Positions 26,251-40,900 of a stretch of DNA of 64,000 bases are shown piece after piece. Each line of letters opens with the position of its first letter. Position 1 is the stretch's first letter. The translations under genes and the position numbers were made by a program. Source of the DNA: Owenia fusiformis (Eukaryota); the NCBI GenBank assembly GCA_903813345.2, contig CAIIXF020000001.1, forward strand, positions 47,740,001 through 47,804,000. Reading direction: 5' to 3'. Below the pieces are notes generated by a model, which was given only the letters and a program-made list of their open reading frames with translations, was not told the origin of the DNA and searched no databases.

Positions 26251-28420
26251 ATTATCCCAACGAACGAAGTTCGGTAGGGATATAGCGAGGCCGTCCGTCC
26301 GTCCGTCGTTCGTCTGTCCGTCCGTCCGTCAGTCCGTCCGTCCGTCCGTCCGTCCGTCCGTCAACAATAGTGGCACGTTTTAAAACCTCTGTCGATAGGA
26401 TTCCTGTTTTAAGTTATTTCTGTTCAACATCAATACAAAAAACTCCCGTATGACTCCTGGTTCAAAATCTCGCCTATTTTCAAAATGGCTGCCATTTTTG
26501 TCTCACGAAATTCACTTTTGACCCAATTCCTAGCATTACAAATAATTTCAGGTGTCCTACATTGTAAAAATCCATGTCAATGTAAATCGTAGATATATGA
26601 AATAATTTTGTAACAAAAAATCAGCGAAAAATTATATCCATTTTTTTTATTTTCAGCCATTTTAGTTAACATTGATTTGTCCATCCGACTCGCGAAATTC
26701 ACTTTTCCGTCAACAACAGTGGCACGTTTTAAAACCTCTGTCGATAGGATTCCTGTTTTAAGTTATTTCTGTTCAACATCAATACAGAAAACTCCCCTAT
26801 GACTCCTGGTTCATAAGCTCGCCTATTTTCAAAATGGCCGCCATTTTTGTCTCGCGAAATTCACTTTTGACCCATTTCCTAGCATAACAAATAATTTCAG
26901 GTGTCCTACATTGTAACAATCCATGTCAATATTGTTATGTTCATAGAAATAAACTAGCACAACCATTTTGATAATATTGTGTTTTAATGTTAATATCTGC
27001 CAATAGGTGTCAGTGCACTACGCCACCTACTTCCTACTCCAAAAACGTGAAAATAAAGTTTGTCAATAAAACATCAAATATCTAGTTTATTTATCATATC
27101 CTGAACCTACAATACATATAAATATCAACAATATAACAATGGCGACGAGGATGGGATATAAAACGTAAAAGACGTTGGATTTTAGTGGAGGTATTTGACA
27201 TTGAAGCTGTAAAAAAATATTGCCATGTGACATTTTTTAATGGTTGAAAGTCTTCAGCTATATTAGCCTTGAAGGTACACCTCATATAACACTATTTGTA
27301 TTCTTTGCTCTGTTTTTCATAAACTGATCACTTGTGAGCCAGTTAAAAGAGTGGAATTAGAAATGCTAACATTGTACATTAAACTGTTCTCTATATAAGC
27401 TCTTTATTGTATCATAAACATATAATTTTGTAAAGATTTAAAAAATAGGTATCATTGTGTCTTCACAAGTTCAAGGTTTAATGTTCACAACTTATTACAC
27501 AATGTGATGCTGCCATCTATTTTTCAAGATAAAAGTTTTTTTAATTAAAACTCCCAAGGTAAATTCAATTTTATTAGGAAGGGAGAAATGTTATGTTCAT
27601 AGAAATAAGCTAGCACAACCATTTTGATAATATTGTGTATGTTAATATCTGCCAATATGTGTCGGTGCTCTGTGCCCTACTCCACCTACTTCCTACTCCA
27701 AAAATGTGAAAATAAAGTTTGTCAATAAAACATCAAATATCTAGTTTATTTATCATATTCTGAACCTACAATACATATAAATATCAACAATATAACAAAT
27801 ATAAAGTGTAGATCAGCAAAAAATTATATCCACTTTTTTATTTTCAGCCATTTTAGTTAACATTGATTTGTCCATCTCTCTCGCAAAATCCACTTTTGGA
27901 CCATTTGCCTTAAACCCTCTGTCGATAGGATTCCTGTTTTAAGTTAATTTTGTTCAACATCAATACAAAAATCTCCTATGACTCTTGGTTCAAAAGCTCG
28001 CCTATTTTCAAAATGGTCGCCATTCTTGCCTCGCTAAATTCACTTTTGGCCCATTTCTAGCTTTACAAATAATTTCAGCTGTCCTGCATTGTAAAAAGCC
28101 ATGTCACTGTAAAGAGTAGCTGTATAAAATTATTTGGTTACAAAAAATCGGCAAAATATTATATCCGTTTTTTTATTTTCAGCCATTTTAGTTAACATTC
28201 ATTTGTCCATCCATCGATAGGATTCCGGTTTCAAGCCGTTATTTTTGTTCAACATCAATACAAAAAAACTCCCCTTTTAGACTCCTGGTTCAAAAGCTTG
28301 CCTATTTTTAAAATGGTTGCCATTTTTGTCTCGCGAAATTCAATTTTGGCCCACTTCCTAGCTTTACAAAAAATTGTAGGTGTCGTGCATTGCAAAAAGC
28401 CATGTCACTGTAAAGAGTAT
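26251..28420 (+). mobile_element. HINE-like element, unit B copy, longer (GTCC)n and more internal repeats
   Basis: Same terminus as 8500; repeat units at 26362, 26711, ~27810-28420, interrupted by a partially duplicated AT-rich block (26933, 27590). Confidence 0.68.
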
Positions 28421-29576
28421 TTACATTTATGTGCGTTTGAGCGCAGAGATATTAGCTCATAAATGTTTTCTTAGGTAAATGGAACAGGCGTTCGGTGATT
28501 GAGAGTGTTTTTTCAAGCGTGAGCTTCGTTGTAGTGTGAATGAGATGATATCGTGTTGCTTCATTTCTGAGCTTAGTCACTGAACTATACACATACAATT
28601 TTTAAAAAATGTATTCCTGTATTCTTTAGTATGTTGTATTGATATATTGTAAAACATTTACATGTCTTTGATTAATCGCGTACCTTTTCCTTATTTATTT
28701 AGGGTTTTTAATGGCCGGGATTAATCAACTTCGAGAAATGTTAAAACATTTGTTGATCTTTTTAAATCATTTATTTAACGAGACTTTAAGACAAAACTTG
28801 TTTCAATCGTTAATACATATGATTTATGTGAACCATTATTCAGTTATACGAATATCTATCCGTTGTATAACGTACATGTAACACTTCGTTAACGTAGTTC
28901 TAATAAACTAAGTGGCAAGCTGTAAGTGGCGAGCTCACTTCCTTATAATTTGATATCGTTGTCCTGTTGCATCGAGCAAAGTTAAGAAGTTGTATGAAAT
29001 AATTTTGTTACAAATAATTGGCAAAAAATGATATCCCTTTTTTTCAGCCATTTTACTTAACATCGATTTGTCCATCTGTCTCTCAGTCAGTCCAAATAGT
29101 TGCAAGTGGCTTGAAATAATTTTGTTACAAAAAACAGCAAAAAATTAAATCGTTTAGCCACGTGTGTTATTTTCCCTCGGTACTTAAAAATTATTCAGTA
29201 GTTCAAGATTATTTAAGTAATTTTTGACTTAAAATGAGTAGTACAATTTCTCAATATAAGGAAATCCAAGTAATAATTTTTAAGAGTGTACATACCAGCT
29301 TACTGACTCGTCATGATCACAATTGTGTTGGGACTACATCCTTTTTTAAAAACTACTTTTTTCGATTTAGCGGAAGTGTATTAGGGTATTTTGACCATCA
29401 TGAGGCCTTGTTATTACGCGGGTAAGTGCTGATGGACCGATTACCACAACCCCTGATCATAGTGCGCTTCATTATCAACCCTTATTGTAGCTCAGTTAGC
29501 ATACACGCTCTTGGCATCATTACTAGCGTTCCCTGTCTATGCAACCAATGCCATCATGAGAAACCATGGATTTCTA

Positions 29577-29910
29577 TATCCATTACCATACAACCATCCT
29601 AGATCTATTGCCATACCAGTACAACTCCTATTAAAGATCCATTATCAGACGACCCCTATCATAGATTCATTACTATATACAACCCCTATCAAAGATCCAT
29701 TACCATACAACCCCTATCATAGATCCATTACCATACAGCCCCTATCATAAAACCTTTACCATATACAGACCCTATCATAGATCCATTACCATACAACCCC
29801 TATCACAAAACCATTACCATATACAGACCCTATCATAGATCCATTACCATACGACCCCTATCATAAAACCATTACCACATACAACCCCTATAGACCCATT
29901 GCTCCATATA
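29577..29910. repeat. ~28-bp minisatellite, unit B copy
   Basis: Same unit as 12553-12830. Confidence 0.9.
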
Positions 29911-32678
29911 TCTATACCACTTATCAAAACTTCATATACAAGTATACGCTGCAAAAATAATAGGGTAGCTTTATCTCCCTCTTGCATTAAATAATTCTGA
30001 ACGAGGTGTGTCGACACCTCTTGACAGTGAACCATTCCGTGTCACTGGGTTTGTTGACATTGCAAAGGAATACAACTGCTCATTTCAGTAAAACTGGTGA
30101 TCTTACTCTACGGAAATGAAATGAAATGAAAATCAAATGCGACGCGTAATGACACGTCGATGGTGCTTTATGTGCGCAGAGCATGATGAAGTGTGTTTTA
30201 TATGTAAGCTTGATATCGGAAATGTAACTGAAAAGAAAATCAAGAAATATTTGACTGTAGGGAAACTAAATTAGTTGTAATGTTAAATGCATAAGTCTTG
30301 CAATTAAACAGTACCTCATTACCATCTCGAAATGTCTGTAATTCACTCATTTGCCATTCATTTCTTATTGAAAAGACTCTTATAAGTGCGCTGGAACAAG
30401 ATGATGAACTGACGTATGGTGTGATTGCAATCTAATTCCATTATATGTATTGTTGGTTACATATCATACATCATGTTGATTTTTAAGTTAAATTAGATTT
30501 CAGTTTGTTAAACAATCACACCATGCATAATAGCTGTTAAGAAGATATATTCATTACAACATGTCCGATTTCATTCGAAGAGCATGTGACGTGATGAAAT
30601 CCCATGATTTTAAATTTTTAGAAAACAATTTCCGAAATTATACTTAAAAACAAACAATTTTATCCTTTAATATGATATCTTAAATAAGGCATAATCGTTT
30701 TCAAAGAAAATTTCCACAGTCAATTTGAAGCAAGTTGAAAAAGACCTTTTTGACTTTTGTCTTTGAAGGCCAAATCTCAAATCTAAAGTCAGATATGAAA
30801 TTCTGAGAACTTGTAGCTAGATAATTTTGAAAAAATGGTCAGTTTGAAGCAAGTTGAAAAAGTACCTTTTGACCTATTTTGACCTTGAGAAGGTCACTGA
30901 AGGTCAAATCTCAAATCAAGGTTAAAAATCTGAAGTCAGTCTAAACAGCATAAAATTTGTTAGGTTATTGGAGGTGTTTAGAATTTGTTACAGACGCCGG
31001 ACTCCAACCACCAACGACCAACCGCCGCCCACCGTCACAAAAACGGAAACCATAACAATATGACACCACTTTTGGCGGTGACATAATAATAATGTCCGAA
31101 TGTTTTACAAGCTGTTTACGCTATTGATCTTATTTTCCTCTCAACAGTAATGAAAATTTTGAATACGTAATACTTGTAAAGACGATCTACAACAGAAAAC
31201 ATGAAGACCCAGGGCAACTATCAAAAAACTAAATTTTCAGGCGAAGCACTTTTGATAAAATATTTCATATGGCATATCATATTCTTTATTTATACTTCAT
31301 GACTACTCTACTTAATGTCCTTTGTTTTTAACATATAGTTCATGTCTTCTAGTCCAGTCTTTGGACACCTTTTTAAACCCATTTTCCCATAGCCTGCAAA
31401 TTTTCAAGATAGCCGACTTCAAGTCTTCCCACGAGAAACTCCCTCAACTCCCTATTCAGCACACCATGAAGGTAAAATCATAAGGGGACAAGTCAGGAGA
31501 GTAGTACATGACCCAACAATGGGAAACCCAGTGCTTCAATGGTTTGTATCGTATAAATAGCATTGTGAGATGGAGCATTATCCCAGTGCAATGTGAAACG
31601 TTTTGCGGGCCTTTTAACTTTTTCCTCTTTGCTTTCATCAAATCTCTTCTGTGGATATTGTTTTTCATCATTGACCTGTGTCATAGACTTCCTATGATCA
31701 CATGGGTTTTCATTATATATTTATCATTTCGGTGACATCAAACATCAAAGGGTCATGTGCAGTATGGCAAGTGATTTCAGACAGTCATATCTTTCACCAT
31801 GAGTACTTTTTGGCCATAAAAACAATGTTTTTTATTAAGACAATATGTTTTCTTTCAAGTAAAGTCCCCATTATAGGAAAATATCAATCCAACTCTCTGA
31901 AAAATTATGGATTAGGGCCCACCCTGGCACTTTTTAAAAAATGTTAGGCTTATTTTCTAAAAAGAGGATCTTGCTTTTCTCAATTTAAACATATCAAAAG
32001 TTTCTTCTACACTATATGAACAATTTCTGAAAAGGGGATGCGTATTGAAATGCATTAAAGTTAAAAACCACATATCCCATGTTATTTTCCCATAGGGAAA
32101 ATCGTGCTATCCATTGTTTTCAGCATCATTTTGGTCATCGAAAATTGATATCTTCAAAACTAGACTTTCAATACAATTATATTTTTCAAGATGTTTTAGA
32201 CCCCTTGTTGAATAATCTTTTCATGCAATAAAAATATTCAGAAAAGGGAGATCCTCTTTTGAGTAAATAGGTTCAATATTTTGAAAAAAATGTTGACATG
32301 GGGTCCCTATTCATAATTTTTCGAATTGTTCGATTGATATTTTTATCATCATGGGTGCTTCACTTGAAAGACAACATATTGTTTTAATAAAAACCACTGT
32401 ATTTATGCCCAGAAAGTACTCATGGTGAAAGATATGACCGTCTAAAATCACTTGCCATACTGCACGTGGTCTTTTTCAAAGCTCCTATCATTTCAAATAA
32501 TATATTTGGTACACTTTCTTAAAAATGCAATAGATTCTGTCTTGTGACCTTTCCAAAAGTCCGACTTTTTTATAGTCACATTTTCTGAGTCACACTCCTG
32601 TGTATATACTTTCTCAAGTATGTATGAACCAAAACTAGGTTCATCATTTCCCGTGTGCCTAAACCGATATTTTATTTT

Positions 32679-35560
32679 TTATAAGTTATATTGCTGTAAG
32701 GTTAACGACCATCTTGTAAGTCTGTGATTGGTATTCAGCATCTTGTTCAGCCACTTTAAGGGATTATAGTCTGTTATGACCACAAATCTTCTCCCTAACA
32801 AGTAGTATATCATGTATTGAATAGCCCATACGATTGCCAAACATTCCTTCTCTATTGCTGCGTAATTACGTTCTCTTGGGAGTAACTTACGACTTAAGTA
32901 CATGATTGGGTGCTCTCCATCATCAAAATCTTGGCTCAAACTCCGGAAATACCCACATCTGATGCATATGTAATTACCAGAAATGTTCTTGTGAAGTCAG
33001 GACTACTCAAGATTGTGCCAGAACACAATAGTTTCTTCAATTGATCATGTGCTTTCTGTTCTCGTTCTCCCCATTGTATTTTCACTGGTATGGATGTCTT
33101 GGTCAATACGGTTAGGGGGAAAGCAATTTCAGCATATTTTGGAACAAACTTCCTAAAATAGCCTGTCATCCCCAAAAATGTTCTCAAATTCTTCTTCGTT
33201 GTGGGTTTATCCATCTCTGTATTGATTCTGTCTTCTCAATAGTTGGCTTGATTGTACCACCTCCAACTATGTGGCCCAGATATTCAACTTCTTCAAAAGC
33301 AAAACTACACTTTGACAGCTTTGTAGTCAAGTTGTGTTTTCTCAATCTATCAAGAATGTTTTTGACATCATGATCGTGTGAATAAAAAATCAGTGCTTAA
33401 TACAACCAAATCATCGAAATATGCATCAGAGTATTCTTCAGCTCCTTCAAGCATCCTGTCCATTACTCTCTGAAAGGTGGCAGGTGCACCATGTAACCCA
33501 AAAGGCATTCTGACTTATAAATTTGAACGTGCCGAAGGGAGCTAGTACTGACGTCTTCTCTTTAGAATCACTACTAAGGGGAATTTGCCAAAAACCTCTG
33601 CAAAGATCCATTACAGTTATGAAAACAGCAGTGGCAAGACCATCGAGTATTTCATCTATTCTTGGCATAGGATATGCATCAAACTCTGTAACTTTATTCA
33701 AATCTCGAAAGTCTACACAGTCTCGGAGTTCTCCATTTTTCTTTGGTACAAAAACAAAGTTTGAGCCCCATTCACTCATAGATGGTTCCATTATTCCCTT
33801 AGATATCATTTTATCTGCCCTTTCCTTCATCAATTCAATGTATGCCTTAGGGAATCGTCTCAGCCTCTGTCTCACAGGTTTGTTGTCTTTGGTGTTGATG
33901 TGATGGGTAATTAAGTCTGTAATTCCAGGCTTATCAGACAGCACGTCATTGTACTCATCAAGAAGTGCTACAATTTGCTTCTCTTGCTCTTCAGTGAGAG
34001 TTGGTGAAATGTTGAATTTATGTTCATTCTCTTTATCATTCTATAATCGGCCGTTGTATTGGCATGTACTCTTCTGCATCATCATGATCACTGTCTCTAT
34101 CTATATCATCATTTTCAATGGTTTGTAGAGTGAAACAGCAGAAATTATCAGGATTGTGATATCTTTTCAGGAGATTCACATGGTATGTTTTTGTCTTGTT
34201 GCCCATCTGTATGTCATAATTGACTTTGTTGCATCTCTTTATGATTTTAAATGGTCCTTGCCATTTTGCTTGTAGCTTCATCTCACTAGAAGGAAGCAAT
34301 AATAAAACTTTGTCTCCTGATTTATATTCTATGTCACGAGATTTTTCATCATAGTAGGCTTTCTGGTTGTGTTTTGCTCTGATTACATTATCTTTCACTA
34401 TCTCATGCATTGACTCTAATTTTTCTCTCATCTTTGTGATATGCTTAATGACATTTGTAGAAACATCTCTGTTGGGTTCCCATCTCTCACTTAGAACATA
34501 TACTATATATACTACCAAAATTTCAAACAATAATATTAATTACTTTGGCTTAGAATGAAAAATTTATGATTTTTGTGAAAAAGTCCCGTCATTTTTAAAG
34601 CGGCGGCCATCTTGAAAAATCCATCTACTAGTATTTGAGTTATCTTCCGGACAGACGGACTGACTGACTGACGGACGGACTGACGGACGGACAGACGGAC
34701 GGACGGATGGCTTCACTATATCCCTACCGAACTTCGTTCGTTGGGATAATAACAGGTATGGAAGAAAAATATCCCAATTTTTGGCTCATCTTCTGTTAGC
34801 TTTTTGATCATTTTCACAAGTACTCCGTTGTATCTCTCTGTCTGACCATTTGTCTGTTGGTGGTATGGAGTTGTTTTTATCAAATTTATTTTCATCATCT
34901 TGTACATTTCCTGCATCAATTTAGAAAGGAAATTTGTCCCTTGATCTGTTAAAATCTCTTTGGGAACTCCCAACTCTCCTGAACTGCTTCATCAATTCTT
35001 CAGCTACTTTCTTAGAATCAGTTGTTTTCATTGGTACAGCTTCTGGGAATTTAGTTCCGTAGTCAGTTGTAACTAAGATATACTTGTTTTTTCTTTTGGA
35101 TCTTTCTAAGGGACCAACTATGTCCATACCTATTCTGCTAAATGGTTCAGTAATGACTGGTAGGGGTATCATCTTGGCTCTGTTTGATAACGTTTTCCTC
35201 GATGTCTTTTGGCATACGTCACAGCTGTTGCAAAATCCTTTTACATCTCTGTGAATTCCTGGCCAAAACATCTTCTTCATTATTCTTGAGGTCGTTTTCT
35301 GAATTCCAAGGTGACCAGACAATGGTATATTGTGTGCCAACTCTAGGACCTTCTTCCGACATTGGCGTGGTACTACTACCTGCTCAACAGTTTCACCACT
35401 TAAATTCTCAACTCTTCTGATAATCATATTATCTTTCTTTATGAAGTATGGTGTATCTTGTTGTTCCGCAGGCATATCTAAAAGTGCTTTTCTCACATTT
35501 GATAGAGTTGGATCTGTGTTTTGTAACTGTATCAACTTATCTCTATTTATGTCTCAGTTG
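32679..35560 (-). mobile_element. Degenerate Gmr1-like Gypsy pol, unit B copy
   Basis: Paralogue of 16014-18900; 3' end and left inverted repeat deleted; HINE insertion at 34501-34750; right inverted repeat kept (~37149-37300). Confidence 0.9.
34501..34750 (-). mobile_element. Truncated HINE inserted in integrase, replacing ~80 bp
   Basis: Reverse complement of the hairpin terminus + (GTCC)n; body resembles 42181-42370; absent in unit A (17866-17945 intact). Confidence 0.8.
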
Positions 35561-37968
35561 GGATAAAACAGGATCTTAAGAGGTTCTGGACAAATCATTT
35601 GATTCTGGACTTGTCATATTTTTTTCAACGAAATCACATCCAAGGGTTGAAAATTTTATAAGCTACGTGTATTTAGAGAGCGAGTCCTGCCTAGTATTAA
35701 TTTTTAAAAAAAGTTAAAATAGAACCCTAATTGAGAGTTAATCTAAAACTAACATTACATTGATAAATAAGGCAAATCCTGTAAATCCAATCCAATATTT
35801 TTTAAGTGCATTTTTAATGAAATATTGTCCAACTATTTAGATGAAACGGTCTTATTCAAATACAAATCATAACATGATAATATTTTTTCATAAAATATTT
35901 TTCCATGAAATTCAATTGAAGGGTCAAGATAAAACGAGCTAATTTAGGTGAAAGCCCTTACATGATGATGTGTTTTCATGACTTCTTTTATAAAATTCCA
36001 TCAAGGGGTGAAGATAAAATGATTGAATTTAAGTGATTTAAGGATCACGAGGATATGTTTTCTTCGATATTTTTTATGAGATCCCATCCAATGGTCAAGG
36101 TAAAATTTTGATTTTGATTTGGTATTTTTGGTCACGTGTTCGAAAGATCCATATAAGGCCCATAGAACCATATAGGAACGTCATTTTGAATGTCACGTGA
36201 TAGATCCATATAAGGCTTCTAGAACCATGTCGGGAAAGATGAGGGGAAGCCCATGACACCTGTTTCACGATTTTATCCGAAGGTTGTTCGGATCATTTCG
36301 GTTTTTATGCACTTCATTATTGTACCGAAGTTTGCCGATTTGATTCGTCGTATTTCGGAATCCTGGTGACAATTTTATACTCCGATTGGAGTATTTTGAT
36401 CTACTTCTTATGACGAAAATTCCCGAACCTTGTTTGGATTAATCCGGATTTTCTGACCTACTTTATCTACCGAGATTTAACGAGTTAACATTCGTCTCAT
36501 TTCGGAATCCTGGTGACAATTTTATACTCCATTGGCAGGCCTCCTAGACTTCCAACAACGCTAACATCAGTTCTGATACCGCGAACTACGTTCCTCGCAT
36601 TCGACCCACGAATCTCATATCGCGAACGTGAAATCTTATGTCGCGCACCACCATTTCCTTGTTTCCGAACATATTTCTTGTACCGCGCACAGAGATCCGT
36701 TACCGCAAAGTTGCTTGTGAAAACGATTTACAAAAGTGTCCTAGAGACTCTAATCTACTTGGCTAAGGTTTCATTTGAAAATACATTGCCTTCTTAAGCA
36801 GGTAGAGGGTTATACAGAACACGGAAGCAAATGCTATGTTGAAAATTTTCTATATTTCAATTTGAACGTGTTATTACATGCCACGTAGGCCAGTGTTTTA
36901 TATGGGGATTATATGTACTTTACTTGTTTACATGAACGTAAATCATTACATGAAGTCTGCATTCTTCCGGGTTTTATCTGGGTTTGTATTGTCTTATTGG
37001 GGCTTTTCGATTTTAAAACAAACCTTACCTACATGGATTTGTGTCTCGGGAACATTTTTGTAAATAGTTATTATTAAACAATTCTGAAAGAATATAACAT
37101 ATTCGTGTCTTCCCGATTTCAGTCATGAATTACGTCAATTTTGCGTGCAAACATTGGGTAGACGTTGTCATAACCGGATGCCCAACGTGTCAAGAACACA
37201 TAGATACTCGAATGGTGTTGATTGAACATCAGGGTGCAGAGAAATCGTAATTTTACTGAGTGGCTTCACGAAAAAAATAAGCAGCACTTTAGGCCACCTT
37301 AAATACTCGTCAGTTGTATCCAGTTGGAATCCCAGCGTAATTTAAAAAAAAATTAATTATATGGTTGTGGTTTGATTTTACGCTTAAAACATTTATAACT
37401 ACATGTACGTCAACTTTATATTAAAACATTTATTATCTTTTCAGTTTTATTAAAATCTAAAAAATAATATATGTCAGCTTATTGCTTTCTGGAGAACAGT
37501 CAAGGTTGAAATGTGGTACAATGAATCGGACACTCATGTAAATCGACATGGTTATAACATTGAACTCAATGCAGTAAATTAGTTATTTCTATGAATCACA
37601 GCGGGATTGGTTTCATTTTATATGATTGCCAACTCTGGCTGTATTTTTGTAAATGCTTTTGACCGCGGTAAATGTGAAACTGATACGGTTGTGTATTATT
37701 CAATTGTTTTATGCCTTGCTCACATTTGCTCCGATTTTCACTACGGCGCCCGGCCGATTGAGTATTGTGTTCAGAAATGTATTCAATTTTGAACAAAATA
37801 CTCGCATCAAATGTGACCCAGGCATTACACAGCGGTATTTCGAACATACTGTTGTTGCATATAACCACGACCTAGCCAATTTTAAAGATTAAAACCATAC
37901 TCCTTATTCAAATCCAACGATAGGAGCTCATGGTAAGTATACATTTTAACTTTTTTACTGTAAACATC

Positions 37969-40900
37969 TTTTCGTTAAGCAAATCCATGCGTGTCTAGAA
38001 GACATTGCTTTCAAAGCTGCCACCAAGCTAAGTGTATTATCTCAGTAAATAACAATCTAAAATTAGATTTCTGTTTTTTGTTTCAGTACGTGAGATGTCC
38101 AACCTTATACAAGAATGAACCTCTGAAAGACATCGTTACAAGAGCTACAAAAATCCCACAATGACTATCAAATAATCTTACTAAAACATTTTTTACGTAT
38201 AATTAACGAGACAATGACGTTGAATTTTAAATTGTCTGTTCCGGTGCCTTCGTGTTGTTGTGGGTGGTTTGCGAGGGACGCAAGGGGATGGATGATCTGC
38301 CTTGCTGTTCTTATCATCACCGTTATTCGCAGTGGCATCACCTACAGCTTTGGTATCTTTGTTGTTAAACTCGAAGATACCTACCACAAACCCTTAGCTG
38401 AACAAAGTAAGAATTCCGAAACCTAATTGTACTAATGCTCTTTTCTTTTCGCAATGTGTCCATTTATTATTCTATACACATGGCTATTCATCAAATTAAT
38501 CTTTCGAGAACATATGGCAACTGGACCAATTAAACTCAACTACCACGTGTTTTAATGTACCATTCATACATGACTCTGTGTGTTATTTTATAATTAGCAA
38601 TATGCAAAACCATTACTTGATTATGCATTGTCCAAGTGAATTTAAAGTGTTCATTGGCATCAACAGTGTTTATCTTACACCTTTCAGTAGAATAGACAGT
38701 TCAATTAACCCCTTCTTGTATGTTCTTGTTACACATCGATTCATTTCAGATTGGATTGGGACATTATCGTTTGCCATTGCTCTATTGTTCTCACCTCTGT
38801 CTGTTATGCTGATCCGCTATTTAGGGCCCAATGGGTATAGAATAACTGGTATCGCAGGAATGTTATGCCTCAGCATAAGTTGTCTTGGATCATCGTTCAT
38901 TCATTCTCAAGAATGGTTATTTTTAACCCATAGCTTACTCTCTGGAGTTGGCTCCAGCTTAATTTACATGTCGTCCAGTTTAATAATAGGGGACTATTTT
39001 GATAAATCGCACAACCTCCACGTGCTCACCACCAGTATATTATTATGCGGATATCCTGTGGGTAAGTTCATCTGTTTAAAGTTTGCAATTGGGTCACTTA
39101 ATGTTTAAACATGCTTTTATAAGGAATTGTTTCGTGTTTAAACTGAGGAAAAACACCTCTGGATACAAAAATTGATTTTAACTTCTCTCGATTCCAAGTG
39201 TATCTAATAATGCAATTGTATTTATTCTTTTCCATAGGTAGTCTGTTGTTCAACCCACTAAATGCATGGATTTTGGAGTCGTATGGTTGGCGAGTGGCTT
39301 TCAGGGCATCGAGTGGTCTGATCCTCGTCATAGGCTTAGCATGCTGTACCCTCTTTAAGCCAAAGTCCAAACCGGGATACACTGAAGAGAAATTAGACGA
39401 CGAAAACCCTTCGATTGAGGAGGAGAAAATAGAAGAAAAGAAAAATAGCTTTAGTTTAAAGCCATGGTCCAGTCTGAAAGAAGTCCGTCGAAGACCAGAA
39501 ATCGTTTTATGGCTGGTCGGCAATTTCCTTAGCTATTTAGGATTCTTTATGCCATTTCTTAATTTGGTAGGAATAATTTAGAGTTTTATTGGATATATTA
39601 AAAGTCTAGTAATCATTTAATCTTAAAATAATGAAATCAGACTGAGTTTGATATTTACCTAGAACATTTCTTCTGTTCCTTTAAATCATTGTGCCTAGAG
39701 TACTCTAGCTATTTATTTCTCCTATTTAACTTTGAAACGTCCCAAATAAATATCAGTCTGACAAAAATACAACTCTTAGGGAGTTTCATCGTTTCAACAT
39801 TTATCATTAACGCCAATGGGCCATGTCACTTGCGAAATCTAATTTGAAATAATTCCATCCGCGATTAAAATACGATTCGTGATCAAGATACAAGTTTAAT
39901 TTAAATGCGACAGATTTGGCATGGATTTTTCATTTTAGGCATTCTACATGGACAAACGAGGTATAGAAACAGTCCAGAGTGCCTGGGCCTTGACCCTTTT
40001 GAGCCTGGTAGAGTGTATTGCATACGTCATTTCTTCCATTATCGGCGACTTTTTCAAAGGACGGCTGGTGTTCGTTAATCTGTTCGCCTCGGTAGGTCTT
40101 TGTATCATATGCTTCATGTGGCCCTTTGCAGACGTTGGTTACGATGCAATACTCGCTCTTTCCTCAGGTGTGTATGAGTAAATGTAAATTAATGTAAATT
40201 ACGTCATGTATGTTGAGGTGCACCTAATTAAAAAAATCCTGCTGTGAATATGTCCGCCCGATCCCTTATTACGTCATCGCCGTCGTAAAATGTAGTAAAA
40301 CTGGTATGATGCTTCAAAATCAAAATTTCGAAATCCATTTGGAAGTGTAGAGGTAAGGCAAGATTTAATGAAAATTATATTAATAACTTTATCGTTAACA
40401 CTAACATGTATGTTATGCATTCTTCTTTATTATAACGCTGCAACTTGTTTTGTTGCAGTAATGGGCGCGTTTCTAGGCCTTACAATAGTGTATACTTACG
40501 CGGCATCTGGTGAAGTGACGCAGCTACCAATAGATGTCGCTTGGTCGCATACTAACATGTGGAGTGGATTTGGCATACTTCTAGGACCACTGTTTTCTGG
40601 TGGGTATGCCTACACATCATAGTTCTAGTTCTACTTTGTTTAACCTGCCTTCCAATCCTGATTTTGAAATTGTGAAACGCGCATGACGGAAATAAGTAAA
40701 GATGTTTGTAAAATACGATAGGCATAGATAAACAAAGATGTCGTGTATGTATGAAGTCAATACACCCGTTCGCCCATTACTGCAAACTCCAATATGCATC
40801 TACATTCAGCCGAGAGCTAAAGTAAAGTTTCCCGAAAAATTTCTCAATCACCTTGTTATGGTATGGACATAATTAAAGATCTAAGACAAAAAAAATGTAC

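Larger units (their letters stand above)
22009..37968 (+). repeat. Tandem segmental duplication unit B
   Basis: Same order of gene, HINE, minisatellite, mariner relic and Gypsy pol as unit A, with several indels and swapped blocks. Confidence 0.92.
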
